Shown here in pieces: positions 46,904 through 55,453 of a stretch of DNA of 64,000 nt. Numbering within the stretch: the first letter of the stretch is position 1; every line of letters starts with the position of its first letter. Position numbers and translations under genes: made by a program. This stretch comes from a virus. The notes beneath the pieces were generated by a model. The model ran no database searches and had not been told where the DNA came from. It saw nothing but the letters and a program-made list of their open reading frames with translations. The stretch spans positions 23,210 through 87,209 of the IMG/VR virus record IMGVR_UViG_3300005264_000009; one strand, written 5' to 3'.

Positions 46904-48475
46904 ATGTTTTTTAATATAGAAAACAAAAAAACATTCAAAAATGCTGATATAAAATACACTATATCAGCAAGGAATTTAAAACCTTTTTATACAATACAAT
47001 CACATATCAATAAATATTTTCCTTATTGTGATATAAAAAATATTTATGAAATGTTTGGTGCTACACACACATTTTCACCTTTATATGGTGGTCGAGTTTA
47101 TAATAAAAATGAGGTACTACAACCACATCATTTGAAAGAAATGCAAAAGAAAAATATAATGCTTTCTTTAACTTTATCAAATCATTATTTTAGTGATGAT
47201 GCTTACAAACAAACAAAATGTTTATTAAAAGAACATCATATAAAGGGGAATAGTATTACATGTACAAATGATGATTTAGCTATAAGAATCAAAAACGATT
47301 ATCCATTATATAAAATAAAAGCAAGTATAATTAAAAATATAAACACAAATGAAAAATTAGTAAATGTTTTTAAAACTGGTTTATATGATCAAGTAATATT
47401 ATCAATGGGGAATAATTTTGATTTATCTTTTTTAAAAAACATAAAAAACAAAGAAAAAATCATTTTATTTGGGAATGGTGCTTGTTGGGCTTTTTGTAAA
47501 AAAAGAGAGTGTCAAATTTGTGTTTCACAAAGAAATTTTGGTAAAAAAGTAACCACAAATTGTACAGATAAAAAAACACCCCTTGATTATTATTCTTTTT
47601 TTAACTTAGATACTTATTATAAATTAGGTTTTAAAACAATAAAAGTTACCATAGATCAATTTATATTAAATGCAAAAAAAAGAAAAAATATAACAACAAA
47701 TTTACCAAAAGGAAGTAATAAAGAACCACATATATTTGCTTCTTTTCCTCGTTGTGGTAGAACATGGTCACATTTTATATTATGTAATTATATAAATTTA
47801 ATTTATAATTTAAAAATACCAAAAATAACATTCAATAATAAACAAACAATTATACCAAATGAAAACCCAGATGATTTTCATTTATATAATTTAGAAAAAC
47901 ATAAAAACATACCTCTTATTTTTTTTACACACAGTTCTAATATTGGTTTTAATAAAAACATTGTTTTCTTAACAAGAGATATTGAAGATATGGTACTTTC
48001 CTTTTATTATCTTAGGAAAAACATGTTAGGAAAGTATAAAGGTACTTTAGAAAATGATTTAATAGACCCTGGATACACACTTAATAATGTTAAAAAATAT
48101 TATAATGATTGGTTACCCATATTATTAGAAAACAAATGTTTAATAATAACTTATAATGATTTACAAACAGATATTTTTGAAACGTTTAAAAAAGTATTAA
48201 AAATATTTCATTTGCCTTTTGATAAGATTATTTTACAAAAAGCTATTGAATTATCAAGTATAAATAAATTAAAAAAATTAGAAAAAGAAGAACCAGATGA
48301 AAAACATAAAACAGTAGCACCAGATGACCCTAATGGATTACACATAAGAAAAGGTGTAATTGGAGAAGCAAAGCGTGTTTTTAGTCCTGAACTTTATAAT
48401 TATGTACATAAAAACACTGTTGATATACGACAGCAATTAAAATTATTAATAAAAAGGAGTAATGATGTCTTTTAA
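46904..48475 (+). CDS. fusion: U32-like (Cys-cluster TIM barrel) domain + PAPS-dependent sulfotransferase domain
   Basis: N-half YGGR, N.AC...C...C, GFK.IK; C-half ASFPRCGRTW (5'-PSB), R...D..LS.Y (3'-PB), Y.DL, IRKG.IG. Confidence 0.7.
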   Translation: MFFNIENKKTFKNADIKYTISARNLKPFYTIQSHINKYFPYCDIKNIYEMFGATHTFSPLYGGRVYNKNEVLQPHHLKEMQKKNIMLSLTLSNHYFSDDAYKQTKCLLKEHHIKGNSITCTNDDLAIRIKNDYPLYKIKASIIKNINTNEKLVNVFKTGLYDQVILSMGNNFDLSFLKNIKNKEKIILFGNGACWAFCKKRECQICVSQRNFGKKVTTNCTDKKTPLDYYSFFNLDTYYKLGFKTIKVTIDQFILNAKKRKNITTNLPKGSNKEPHIFASFPRCGRTWSHFILCNYINLIYNLKIPKITFNNKQTIIPNENPDDFHLYNLEKHKNIPLIFFTHSSNIGFNKNIVFLTRDIEDMVLSFYYLRKNMLGKYKGTLENDLIDPGYTLNNVKKYYNDWLPILLENKCLIITYNDLQTDIFETFKKVLKIFHLPFDKIILQKAIELSSINKLKKLEKEEPDEKHKTVAPDDPNGLHIRKGVIGEAKRVFSPELYNYVHKNTVDIRQQLKLLIKRSNDVF

Positions 48476-48749
48476 TTGGTGGTATCATATTTGTAAATAT
48501 AAATTTACAATATTGAAAAACAAAACTTGCTGTAGTTGTAAAGTTTTTATTCAAAATGAAACAGGCTTAGTTATACCAAGATATGAAACAGAAATGGGAG
48601 GGAATCAAAAACAAATAAGTAGTTATTATATGTGTAAAAAGTGTGGTGAAATTTTCTGTAGATTGGATTTAGAGGGTTATTGTGTGGATATAACACATAA
48701 TATGAATAAGTATTATGAAATGTATAAAAAAATTAAGGGATCAGAATGA
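48462..48749 (+). CDS. hypothetical Cys-rich protein
   Basis: 95 aa ORF with RBS. Confidence 0.6.
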   Translation: MMSFNWWYHICKYKFTILKNKTCCSCKVFIQNETGLVIPRYETEMGGNQKQISSYYMCKKCGEIFCRLDLEGYCVDITHNMNKYYEMYKKIKGSE

Positions 48750-48961
48750 TAACTATTCAAAATGTAAGTAAAAAATTACTTAAAGTAGGTGTTCAAGATT
48801 ATGAATTAAAAATAAATAATAAATTAATAAATACATTTCAACATAGTAGAGAAGAGGGACTTGCTATTTGTTTAAAAAAAGCAGCAATAGCAGCAAGTGA
48901 TAAAATTATTGAGGATTGTATTAAACAATTAGCAAGTCAAACAAACTTCTTTGAGGATTAA
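48746..48961 (+). CDS. hypothetical protein
   Basis: 71 aa, ATGA overlap. Confidence 0.65.
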   Translation: MITIQNVSKKLLKVGVQDYELKINNKLINTFQHSREEGLAICLKKAAIAASDKIIEDCIKQLASQTNFFED

Positions 48962-49117
48962 AAATGAAAAAGTTTATTATAAAACAAATACACAAACTTC
49001 CTTATAACTTTGAAATTTCAAGACAGCATGTATTTTTAGGTATGTTTTTACGATATTTTGGATTTAAAGCAACAAGGATAAATTTAACACACATTTTATA
49101 TATTAATAAGGATTAAA

Positions 49118-49528
49118 ATGAATACACCAGTTAAAAAACTTTTTATATATGGTTTAACCATTGGAATAGCTGAAACAGTTAAAAAAGCTACAAACAATAA
49201 AACTATTTTATGGAAGTTAAAAAAAGTACAAGAATCAGCTCAATTTTTACTTGATACAACAAACGTAAAAATTAATAATACAAAAATAAAACAAGTAGAA
49301 AAAAACGTATCTGAATTTTTTACAACAGATCATATTGATATTTTAGATAGTCTTTGTTTTGTATTATGTGGTTATACAGAATTTGTAGAACGTAGTTCCA
49401 AACAAACTGATATGTACGATAGTATAATAAAAAGGATTATGTGGCTTATTTATTCTTTTGATGCAAAATTGGATAAACCACATATTTATGATAATGCAAA
49501 AAATAGTTATGAAAGGTGGTGTACATAA
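49118..49528 (+). CDS. hypothetical protein
   Basis: 136 aa, AAGGA RBS. Confidence 0.65.
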   Translation: MNTPVKKLFIYGLTIGIAETVKKATNNKTILWKLKKVQESAQFLLDTTNVKINNTKIKQVEKNVSEFFTTDHIDILDSLCFVLCGYTEFVERSSKQTDMYDSIIKRIMWLIYSFDAKLDKPHIYDNAKNSYERWCT

Positions 49529-49587
49529 CAAGCAAAACACATAATTGAATTTGAAAAAATATAATAAACACATTAAAAAGGGGTAAA

Positions 49588-49908
49588 ATGTATATTAGAA
49601 GAGATGAAACACCAAAAAAAGCTAAGATGTTTGCTATAAAAATAACACCTGAATTTGACACTGCACCAGAAGCACAATTAATATTAGCCATATTTATACA
49701 AGCAGCTTATGATATAACAAAAGTGGAAAATGTTAAAAAAAGTACACCAGAACATAAACGAGTATTATGGGAAAGAGATAAAGAACATGCTTGTAGCTTT
49801 TTTAGTGAAAATAGTTTTTTAACTACTTATTTTGAAAGTTATTGTGAATCAGTAAATATCGAGCCTACTTGGATACGAATGATAGCAAGAAAGATAGGTT
49901 TAATTTAG
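49588..49908 (+). CDS. hypothetical phage protein
   Basis: 106 aa, AGGGG RBS. Confidence 0.65.
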   Translation: MYIRRDETPKKAKMFAIKITPEFDTAPEAQLILAIFIQAAYDITKVENVKKSTPEHKRVLWERDKEHACSFFSENSFLTTYFESYCESVNIEPTWIRMIARKIGLI

Positions 49909-49917
49909 GAGTAAAAT

Positions 49918-50115
49918 ATGAAAATACTTGAAAATTGTTGTTTAATATTAATAGGTTTTAGTATTGGTTTTTTGTGTTTAATGATAATAATGTATTATTT
50001 ACCATATAAAACACCAACTTATAAATTAGGACAAATAGATGCTTTAACAGGTAATATTAGATATGAATTAATTATAGATGACTCACAAGAATTAAAATGG
50101 GTATATAAAAAATAA
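49918..50115 (+). CDS. small membrane protein; last gene of the + strand block
   Basis: N-terminal hydrophobic helix, YKLGQIDAL.G. Confidence 0.65.
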   Translation: MKILENCCLILIGFSIGFLCLMIIMYYLPYKTPTYKLGQIDALTGNIRYELIIDDSQELKWVYKK

Positions 50116-50116
50116 T

Positions 50117-50479
50117 TTATTTGTTTATTTGAAAATGTATATGGTCTTTCATTTTAGGTAAATTATAATCATCAGAAACAGATTGTGCAATACCAATTAC
50201 ATCCCCTTTTTTTACATTGCAACCTATTAAGTTATTGTAAGGTAAAAAATAAAAAATACGACCTGTATTTTTACCTTTTGTCCATTTAATACCTGACATT
50301 TCTGTTCTTATTTTAGGTTTAGCTATTCTATCAATAAACATATCAAAAGGTGCTACAATATCTTGTCCTACAAAACACAAGTAATCTATACCATTATGTA
50401 AACGTGAACACCTACTTGCACCGTAATTACCGTCTCCCTCACTATCAACTCTTATACCTAATCCTGTCGGTGAAATCAT
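50117..50479 (-). CDS. M23-family (LECT2-like) metallopeptidase, candidate endolysin
   Basis: HNGID (HxxxD) and HIH (HxH) zinc motifs. Confidence 0.8.
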   Translation of the reverse strand: MISPTGLGIRVDSEGDGNYGASRCSRLHNGIDYLCFVGQDIVAPFDMFIDRIAKPKIRTEMSGIKWTKGKNTGRIFYFLPYNNLIGCNVKKGDVIGIAQSVSDDYNLPKMKDHIHFQINK

Positions 50480-50836
50480 TTAGTGCTCCCCCTTTATATT
50501 CAATTTAAGTTTTTCATTTAATTCATCAATTTTTCTAATCATATCCTTATATTCATATTCATACCTTACTTTAAATGTTTTATGTGATGATTCTAAAATA
50601 GGTACAGCCAACCAAAGAGCCTCCATTTTATCTATTTTTATAGTTAAATTTTTAAAATCTTTTTGTAATGCTTGTGTTGTTAAATTAATAGTCATCCAAG
50701 CACCAAAAATAACACAAATAACTGTAAATAATGCTATTGCAGTATTTATCATTACATGTGGATCTCTTTTTTGTTGTTTTTGCAATGACTGTAATTGTCG
50801 GATACCAGCCATTATATTATCTAATTCTTCTGGCAT
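50480..50836 (-). CDS. single-TM coiled-coil protein (holin/lysis-associated candidate)
   Basis: One hydrophobic helix followed by coiled coil; adjacent to peptidase. Confidence 0.5.
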   Translation of the reverse strand: MPEELDNIMAGIRQLQSLQKQQKRDPHVMINTAIALFTVICVIFGAWMTINLTTQALQKDFKNLTIKIDKMEALWLAVPILESSHKTFKVRYEYEYKDMIRKIDELNEKLKLNIKGEH

Positions 50837-51492
50837 TCGTGATCCTCTCTTGGAATAAAAGTATCATTTAAAAATGGTATAGATGTTTTTTGTATGTAGT
50901 ATGCTACAACATCTTTTGCAAAAGATGTTGTGTCTAAATCTTCTACCCAATTATTTCTAACGTATGTTTTTAATTCCTCTTGAATAACATCCTTACTTTT
51001 TGTTCTATCTCTTGCAAAACCTACTGTACCTATTAAATTACCTGTTTTATCTTTAACAGGTGTTTTAACTACATCTAAAATAAATAGTTTTTTTGCTATA
51101 AAACCTATTTCAATATAACGACAAGTTTTATTTTCTGTCATGCAATGGGCATCTGTACCAACACACATTTCACCAAATGTGTGTTCATTTCCTGTTCTTT
51201 CTCTATATTGATTTAATAAATCTATATCATTTTTACCCTCTATTTTGTAATTTTCTGGTAAACCAAAAAAAACACTCAACCAACGAGGAGATGCATATTT
51301 ATAAATACCATTATTGTCTTTAAACCAAATATAACCATCCATTACAGAAGAGATAGAGTCTAAAATACGTAAACGTGTAAATTCTGTTTCCAATTCAGCT
51401 ATACCAGCCGAAATCTCATTTAAAACTTTTATTTTAGTCTCTTGAAGTTGTTTTCTTATCTGGAATCGCTTTTTAAAAAACATAATCATCAT
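50821..51492 (-). CDS. stand-alone PAS-fold protein
   Basis: IWFKD..G.Y.YA, IEGKND.DL, KTPVKD..G.LIGTVGFARD (PAS_4/PAC pattern). Confidence 0.75.
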   Translation of the reverse strand: MMIMFFKKRFQIRKQLQETKIKVLNEISAGIAELETEFTRLRILDSISSVMDGYIWFKDNNGIYKYASPRWLSVFFGLPENYKIEGKNDIDLLNQYRERTGNEHTFGEMCVGTDAHCMTENKTCRYIEIGFIAKKLFILDVVKTPVKDKTGNLIGTVGFARDRTKSKDVIQEELKTYVRNNWVEDLDTTSFAKDVVAYYIQKTSIPFLNDTFIPREDHECQKN

Positions 51493-52000
51493 CCCTTGGT
51501 GTTATAAATATAGCCTGTTTGCCCATTCCATCTGTATATTTATAACCCTCTCCTAACCAACTATCCCAATAAGTAAACTGCCAAACTGCCATTGTAAAAT
51601 ACCAACTACCCAACCATGTATATTTATAAATATTACCTGTATAATTGTTCTGTATTTTTAGTGTTTTATTTTTAAAATCAATAAAAAATCCACTGGTATT
51701 CACAAAAGTTTCAAACATAACAAATTGGTTTTCAAAATCAGTAAATGTATTATCTTTAAATGTAAATGTTTTTAAAGATAATATTCTTTTATCTGTTAAT
51801 TCCATAACCATTAATTCCGTAGGATAACGAAAATTACCCACCCATAAATTAATAGTATTAATATCTTTTACATGTACAAAAGACATAAAACCATCTGGTG
51901 CTGTGTGTTCAACAAAACAATAAACAGGTTTAATTACAACAAAGAAAATGATTAAAAAAATTACAAGAATTACAAGAATTGTTTTTTTCACTTGTATCAC
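51473..52000 (-). CDS. hypothetical secreted/membrane-anchored protein
   Basis: N-terminal hydrophobic segment. Confidence 0.6.
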   Translation of the reverse strand: MIQVKKTILVILVIFLIIFFVVIKPVYCFVEHTAPDGFMSFVHVKDINTINLWVGNFRYPTELMVMELTDKRILSLKTFTFKDNTFTDFENQFVMFETFVNTSGFFIDFKNKTLKIQNNYTGNIYKYTWLGSWYFTMAVWQFTYWDSWLGEGYKYTDGMGKQAIFITPRDDDYVF

Positions 52001-52077
52001 CCTTTAAAAACATAGATAAAAAACCCCAAAAAACAAGAAATACAAATAACATTAATATATAACTTAATTTTTCCATA

Positions 52078-52251
52078 CTAAAAATAATCTTGTGCATCTA
52101 ATTCACCTTTTAAAATATTAATTTTTTCCACTGTAACTTCTTCATCACTATTTTGCAATAAATTCACAAAAGTTGTCAGTGCAGGTAAACCTTGATTAAT
52201 AATCAAATCCATACTCATTTGTATAAGTTTTATTTTCACATCTGAATCCAT
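52078..52251 (-). CDS. 57 aa hypothetical protein (not in ORF track)
   Basis: GGAG RBS, MDSDVKIKLIQ...QDYF*. Confidence 0.5.
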   Translation of the reverse strand: MDSDVKIKLIQMSMDLIINQGLPALTTFVNLLQNSDEEVTVEKINILKGELDAQDYF

Positions 52252-52625
52252 TATATCTCCGTTTTTTCAATAACGTAAGGTAAAACTAAATCAACATATT
52301 CACCATAAATCTGTTGATAAATAGTTATGTTTTTATGTAATAAACGTCTATTTCCAGTTTGCTTGTATATTTGCAAAGCATCTGCAGTATTATTTATAGC
52401 ATTTTGTAAGTGATTTCCCACACTAATAATATTACTTTTCATATTTTCTGACATATAACCATCTTTATAAACCTCACCTGTTATCTGCAAACTTGTTTTT
52501 CTAAATTCTTTTGCTGTTTGCAGTGACTTGTATGTTGTGTATATTATTTTATCTTGTTGTGTTAAAACAATACAACCTTGTAAAAGTAAAAATAATATTG
52601 GTGTTATGTATATAATTTTTTTCAT
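52251..52625 (-). CDS. lipoprotein (spanin-like candidate)
   Basis: Signal peptide with lipobox LLQGC. Confidence 0.65.
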   Translation of the reverse strand: MKKIIYITPILFLLLQGCIVLTQQDKIIYTTYKSLQTAKEFRKTSLQITGEVYKDGYMSENMKSNIISVGNHLQNAINNTADALQIYKQTGNRRLLHKNITIYQQIYGEYVDLVLPYVIEKTEI

Positions 52626-52634
52626 TTTAATCCT

Positions 52635-53042
52635 TTATTTAATTCTATAATTTTCCCAAGGAATACAATCATCAAATTCATAATTTGCATAAATTTTATC
52701 CCAATCATAATTATCAACGCTTCTTTGTATTGTACAATAATACCAAGGTTTCCAACCAAAAAGTTGTACAGCCATAAAATACAATACAGCTAAAGTTAAA
52801 TACCAAAAAAATTGTAAAATATTAACACAATAATTATGAGCATCTATCACCATTTGTTTCAAAAAGATAAAATTACAAAACCATCGCTTCCATTCGCTTC
52901 CACCTTTCCAGTAACCATAATCATGGTGGTCGCAGGAGGAAGTTAAAAACATAATTTCAGGTGGCTTAAAACGACCACCTTTTGCACCACATCCGTTACA
53001 TATGTATTTTTTTTGTTTGTAATTTAATCTTTCGTACTTCAT
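52635..53042 (-). CDS. phospholipase A2-like fold protein
   Basis: NGCG ... SCDHHDYGY (C..HD..Y). Confidence 0.55.
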   Translation of the reverse strand: MKYERLNYKQKKYICNGCGAKGGRFKPPEIMFLTSSCDHHDYGYWKGGSEWKRWFCNFIFLKQMVIDAHNYCVNILQFFWYLTLAVLYFMAVQLFGWKPWYYCTIQRSVDNYDWDKIYANYEFDDCIPWENYRIK

Positions 53043-53044
53043 TC

Positions 53045-53365
53045 TTATGCTCCCTCTATAATTTTAAACGTGGAATTAGCCACTGAATAAACATTAGTTG
53101 TACCTTTGTTTATAATTATACGAAAATAATATTTACCTTTATCAATACTTGTATCAACAGTAGATAATGGTACTTGTATTTTTCCAGCAGGACCATCAAC
53201 TACTGTTCCAACATTTTCAATCAAAGGGTCAATATCCGAAAGAAGTTTTTTAACTCTTAGTGTAACGTCATAACCTGTACAATCAAAAGGTACTGCACTA
53301 CTATCAGTAACAGTAACAGCTACTTGCCTTGTATCCCCTTGAACAATGTCTTTTATCGTTTCCAT
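53045..53365 (-). CDS. BppU-like baseplate/virion protein
   Basis: QGDT....V.V.D....FD.TG ... G.I...L...DT...G.Y. Confidence 0.6.
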   Translation of the reverse strand: METIKDIVQGDTRQVAVTVTDSSAVPFDCTGYDVTLRVKKLLSDIDPLIENVGTVVDGPAGKIQVPLSTVDTSIDKGKYYFRIIINKGTTNVYSVANSTFKIIEGA

Positions 53366-53619
53366 TCCACATCACCTTTTAAATCCTGGTTTATTGTGCC
53401 CACAAGTTCTTTATCAGGTCTTATTATACCTGAAATATTATCTGTATGTATAACACCAGATAAAGAACTAAAAATTTGTGATTCAAGATGATCTTCTGAT
53501 AATTTTGCTTCTAAACTATCTACTACTTGATCCACACCTTTTTTTGGGTTATTCATAAGAGTATAGGCATCACCTGTTATTGGTAAACTGTTATCCACTA
53601 ATGTTTCCCACATATCCAT
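53353..53619 (-). CDS. hypothetical virion-associated protein
   Basis: 88 aa ORF in late operon. Confidence 0.55.
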   Translation of the reverse strand: MDMWETLVDNSLPITGDAYTLMNNPKKGVDQVVDSLEAKLSEDHLESQIFSSLSGVIHTDNISGIIRPDKELVGTINQDLKGDVEWKR

Positions 53620-54050
53620 TATCTTTCATACCCCCATACATCTGTTGGAATATTAAACAATTTATCATGTTCATCTACAGATAAACCAGAATCTGATGAT
53701 ATATTAATAATAGGACTATCAGAAACTTTATATGAAACTGCACCATTACTTGTTACAAGAAATGGAAATGTGTTGGTATTTGTAGCTTGTTCACAATAAA
53801 TATTTAATTGAAACTCCACATTTATTCCAGAAACAGCTATTTTCCAATCATTCATTAAGAAAAAATAAGCAGGACTTGACTGACCAGAACCAATCAAGTC
53901 ACCACCTACAGATCGTAATGCCTGAACAAATTTGCCATTATCACCTTGTATTACCCAATTCTTCCATGCAGAATATATGTCCTTCTGAACGTCTATTGAG
54001 GTAACAGACGTTACTAATATCTGCTTGCTTATACCGTTAAAAACAACCAT
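53619..54050 (-). CDS. virion structural protein
   Basis: IYSAWK.W ... GGD ... YFFLMN.W motif typical of tail-associated ORFs. Confidence 0.6.
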   Translation of the reverse strand: MVVFNGISKQILVTSVTSIDVQKDIYSAWKNWVIQGDNGKFVQALRSVGGDLIGSGQSSPAYFFLMNDWKIAVSGINVEFQLNIYCEQATNTNTFPFLVTSNGAVSYKVSDSPIINISSDSGLSVDEHDKLFNIPTDVWGYER

Positions 54051-54063
54051 AAAAATAACCTTA

Positions 54064-55434
54064 TTATGCTGGGTCAGTATATGTCAATTCATCATTCGCA
54101 ACAAAAGAAAAATTGTTTGCCTTTGTTCTGGTAAGCGTTCCTTGCATACTAACATATTGTGCCGTTTCAAGCCCAATAGCGACAAGTGTTACAGGTACAT
54201 CCGTTCCAGCACTTCCAGCACCACGCTGAACATTACCATCATAATCATAATCAAAAGCAATTGATGATACACCTGATATACTACCTGATATTGGTGTACC
54301 AACATTGTCGTTCACAATAATTGCATCATCAGTACCAAAATCAGAACCATCGTCATCACCAGCGTCATTATTAGTAAAAAACATACGATAAATAGCATCA
54401 CCATCATTTTGCAATGCTGAATTAAAACTTAACGTACCAGCAGCTGCATAAGGATGTGTTCTGTCAACACCTGTTATATCATTAAATACAACTCTATTAG
54501 TATCTTGCCCGACAAGATTGGTAATATACACACCTTGTTGTGTATGTAGTGTGTCACCTACCCAATAAAGAAGTTCATCTGCCGTATCACCTCTCATAGA
54601 TCCTGTGTTGTCATCAATATCAGTAGTCTGCCTTAACTGATACTGTATTCGCTCATATACTACTTCTAATGTGTGTGTATTCGCATCTATTAAAATATTA
54701 AAACCATAATTATTCCCACCAATAGAATAATTTTGGGTTGTTGTGTAATAATCTAATGTCACATCTGACCATGGGTAAGTTGTCATTTCTGCGTCTGTAT
54801 GTGTAACTTTAATAGCATCTGACGCATTTGACAATGGAAGAGCATACTTCTTGTAAGTTAAGGCAGATATATTTTGCTCTGTCAACAAGTCGTATTGATC
54901 AAAGATTTTTGCTTCTTCACGAAGGAAAATAATAAAATCTCCTCGATAATCAAAATCACCATGACTTCCATCACCATATATTTTAATTGCCTGATTGACC
55001 TCCCCTGCCAAAATTAAATCTGTAGGGCTATCAGCATCACCTTGTGTATAATAGGCTTTATCCACACTACTATTATGAAATGCACCAAGTGAGGTAAGGT
55101 TCATATACTCTTCAAGTGATACACCAGCACCATCTTTAAGTGACCAACCACCATCTCTTAATAATTCTCTTGTTGTCACATCTTCCCAATCCCAACCACC
55201 AATCATATCAAACTGTGTTCCAGAAGGACCATCGATTGCTTTCATAGGAAATGGTTGTTTAATAAGATTTGCGTCGGACTTCCATTCATCCTTGCAAAAT
55301 GAATAAACACATTGGATAGTTACACCATCAGTACTTAAATTACCAGCAGTCAATAACTGAATAGTCTTGGTTGCTCTGTTAAAAACGATTTCTGTTCCCT
55401 GATTTAGATCATCTAAATCAATAATTTTAGCCAT
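54064..55434 (-). CDS. virion structural protein
   Basis: 456 aa acidic, Gly/Thr-rich; GGAGG RBS. Confidence 0.7.
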   Translation of the reverse strand: MAKIIDLDDLNQGTEIVFNRATKTIQLLTAGNLSTDGVTIQCVYSFCKDEWKSDANLIKQPFPMKAIDGPSGTQFDMIGGWDWEDVTTRELLRDGGWSLKDGAGVSLEEYMNLTSLGAFHNSSVDKAYYTQGDADSPTDLILAGEVNQAIKIYGDGSHGDFDYRGDFIIFLREEAKIFDQYDLLTEQNISALTYKKYALPLSNASDAIKVTHTDAEMTTYPWSDVTLDYYTTTQNYSIGGNNYGFNILIDANTHTLEVVYERIQYQLRQTTDIDDNTGSMRGDTADELLYWVGDTLHTQQGVYITNLVGQDTNRVVFNDITGVDRTHPYAAAGTLSFNSALQNDGDAIYRMFFTNNDAGDDDGSDFGTDDAIIVNDNVGTPISGSISGVSSIAFDYDYDGNVQRGAGSAGTDVPVTLVAIGLETAQYVSMQGTLTRTKANNFSFVANDELTYTDPA

Positions 55435-55453
55435 TTTCTTTCCTCCTGATTAA

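Noticed and set aside
120-49691. Many short minus-strand ORFs in the first 50 kb and plus-strand ORFs after 51 kb
   Set aside because: They are antisense shadows of real genes, with F/L/I/S-rich composition, no RBS and no motifs
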